From a virus (lineage: Duplodnaviria > Caudoviricetes), in IMG/VR virus record IMGVR_UViG_3300024297_000001: DNA of 64,000 nucleotides. One strand, written 5' to 3'. The notes beneath the pieces were generated by a model. That model saw only the letters and a list, made by a program, of their open reading frames with translations. It did not search any database and was not told the DNA's origin. Below are positions 63,796-64,000 of this stretch, in pieces; the first letter of the stretch is position 1, and the number at the start of each line of letters is the position of its first letter. The position numbers and the translations under genes were made by a program.

Positions 63796-64000
63796 AATTA
63801 GAATATGTAGACATAACGAAAAAAGATTGGTTCCTTGTTAGTTGGACTCTCAGCAACAAGTGTAACTATCGTTGTGAATACTGTCCAGACATTTTACATA
63901 ACGGAAGTACAGGACAACCTAAATGGGAAACTGTAAAAAACTTTGTTGAAAAATTAAAAGTACCTAAGACAATGTGTTACAGAATAAGTGGTGGAGAACC
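63792..64000 (+). CDS. Radical SAM protein, 5' part (runs off the right edge)
   Basis: TTG 63792 overlapping the upstream TGA; MKLEYVDITKKDWFLVSWTLSNKCNYRCEYC...ISGGE. Confidence 0.85.
   Translation, partial: MKLEYVDITKKDWFLVSWTLSNKCNYRCEYCPDILHNGSTGQPKWETVKNFVEKLKVPKTMCYRISGGE

Noticed and set aside
1-64000. CRISPR array, tRNA cluster, transposase, reverse transcriptase/DGR
   Set aside because: No regularly spaced repeats, cloverleafs, DDE or RT motifs, or template/variable repeat pairs were seen by eye; short or degenerate elements could be missed without tools.

Overview
Dense, AT-rich 64-kb segment of a large T4-like (myovirus) bacteriophage genome, probably an aquatic jumbo phage; the standard genetic code fits. 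Left part (1-10.6 kb, mostly minus strand): acidic prohead scaffold/core gene (runs off the left edge), gp20-like portal, tape-measure-like gene, a divergent gp26-like hub/tail chaperone with an apparent -1 frameshift extension, and two large low-complexity, probably internal-head proteins. At 10.8-15.7 kb (minus): a ~470-nt highly structured non-coding region directly 3' of a single-domain GIY-YIG nuclease gene, then gp46/gp47 (Rad50/Mre11-like) and a gp55-like late sigma factor, each with a near-consensus sigma70 promoter. At 15.8-47.2 kb (plus): contractile-tail baseplate operon (tube initiator, LysM/gp53, hub, spike, gp25, gp6, a 4,950-aa giant protein) and a set of tail-fibre genes. At 47.2-64 kb: a large glycan/small-molecule modification island (glycosyltransferase-like genes, five radical SAM genes, two nucleotide-sugar dehydrogenases, 2OG-Fe oxygenases, methyltransferase, SDR, and an inverted aminotransferase + amidinotransferase operon). 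No tRNA, rRNA, CRISPR array or transposase was recognised. Product calls come from motif recognition by eye; no database search was run. The best candidates for undescribed biology are the GIY-YIG + large structured RNA cassette, the frameshifted gp26-like chaperone, the TAA(A/G)TA-N5-ATG leaderless late genes and the amidino-sugar operon.
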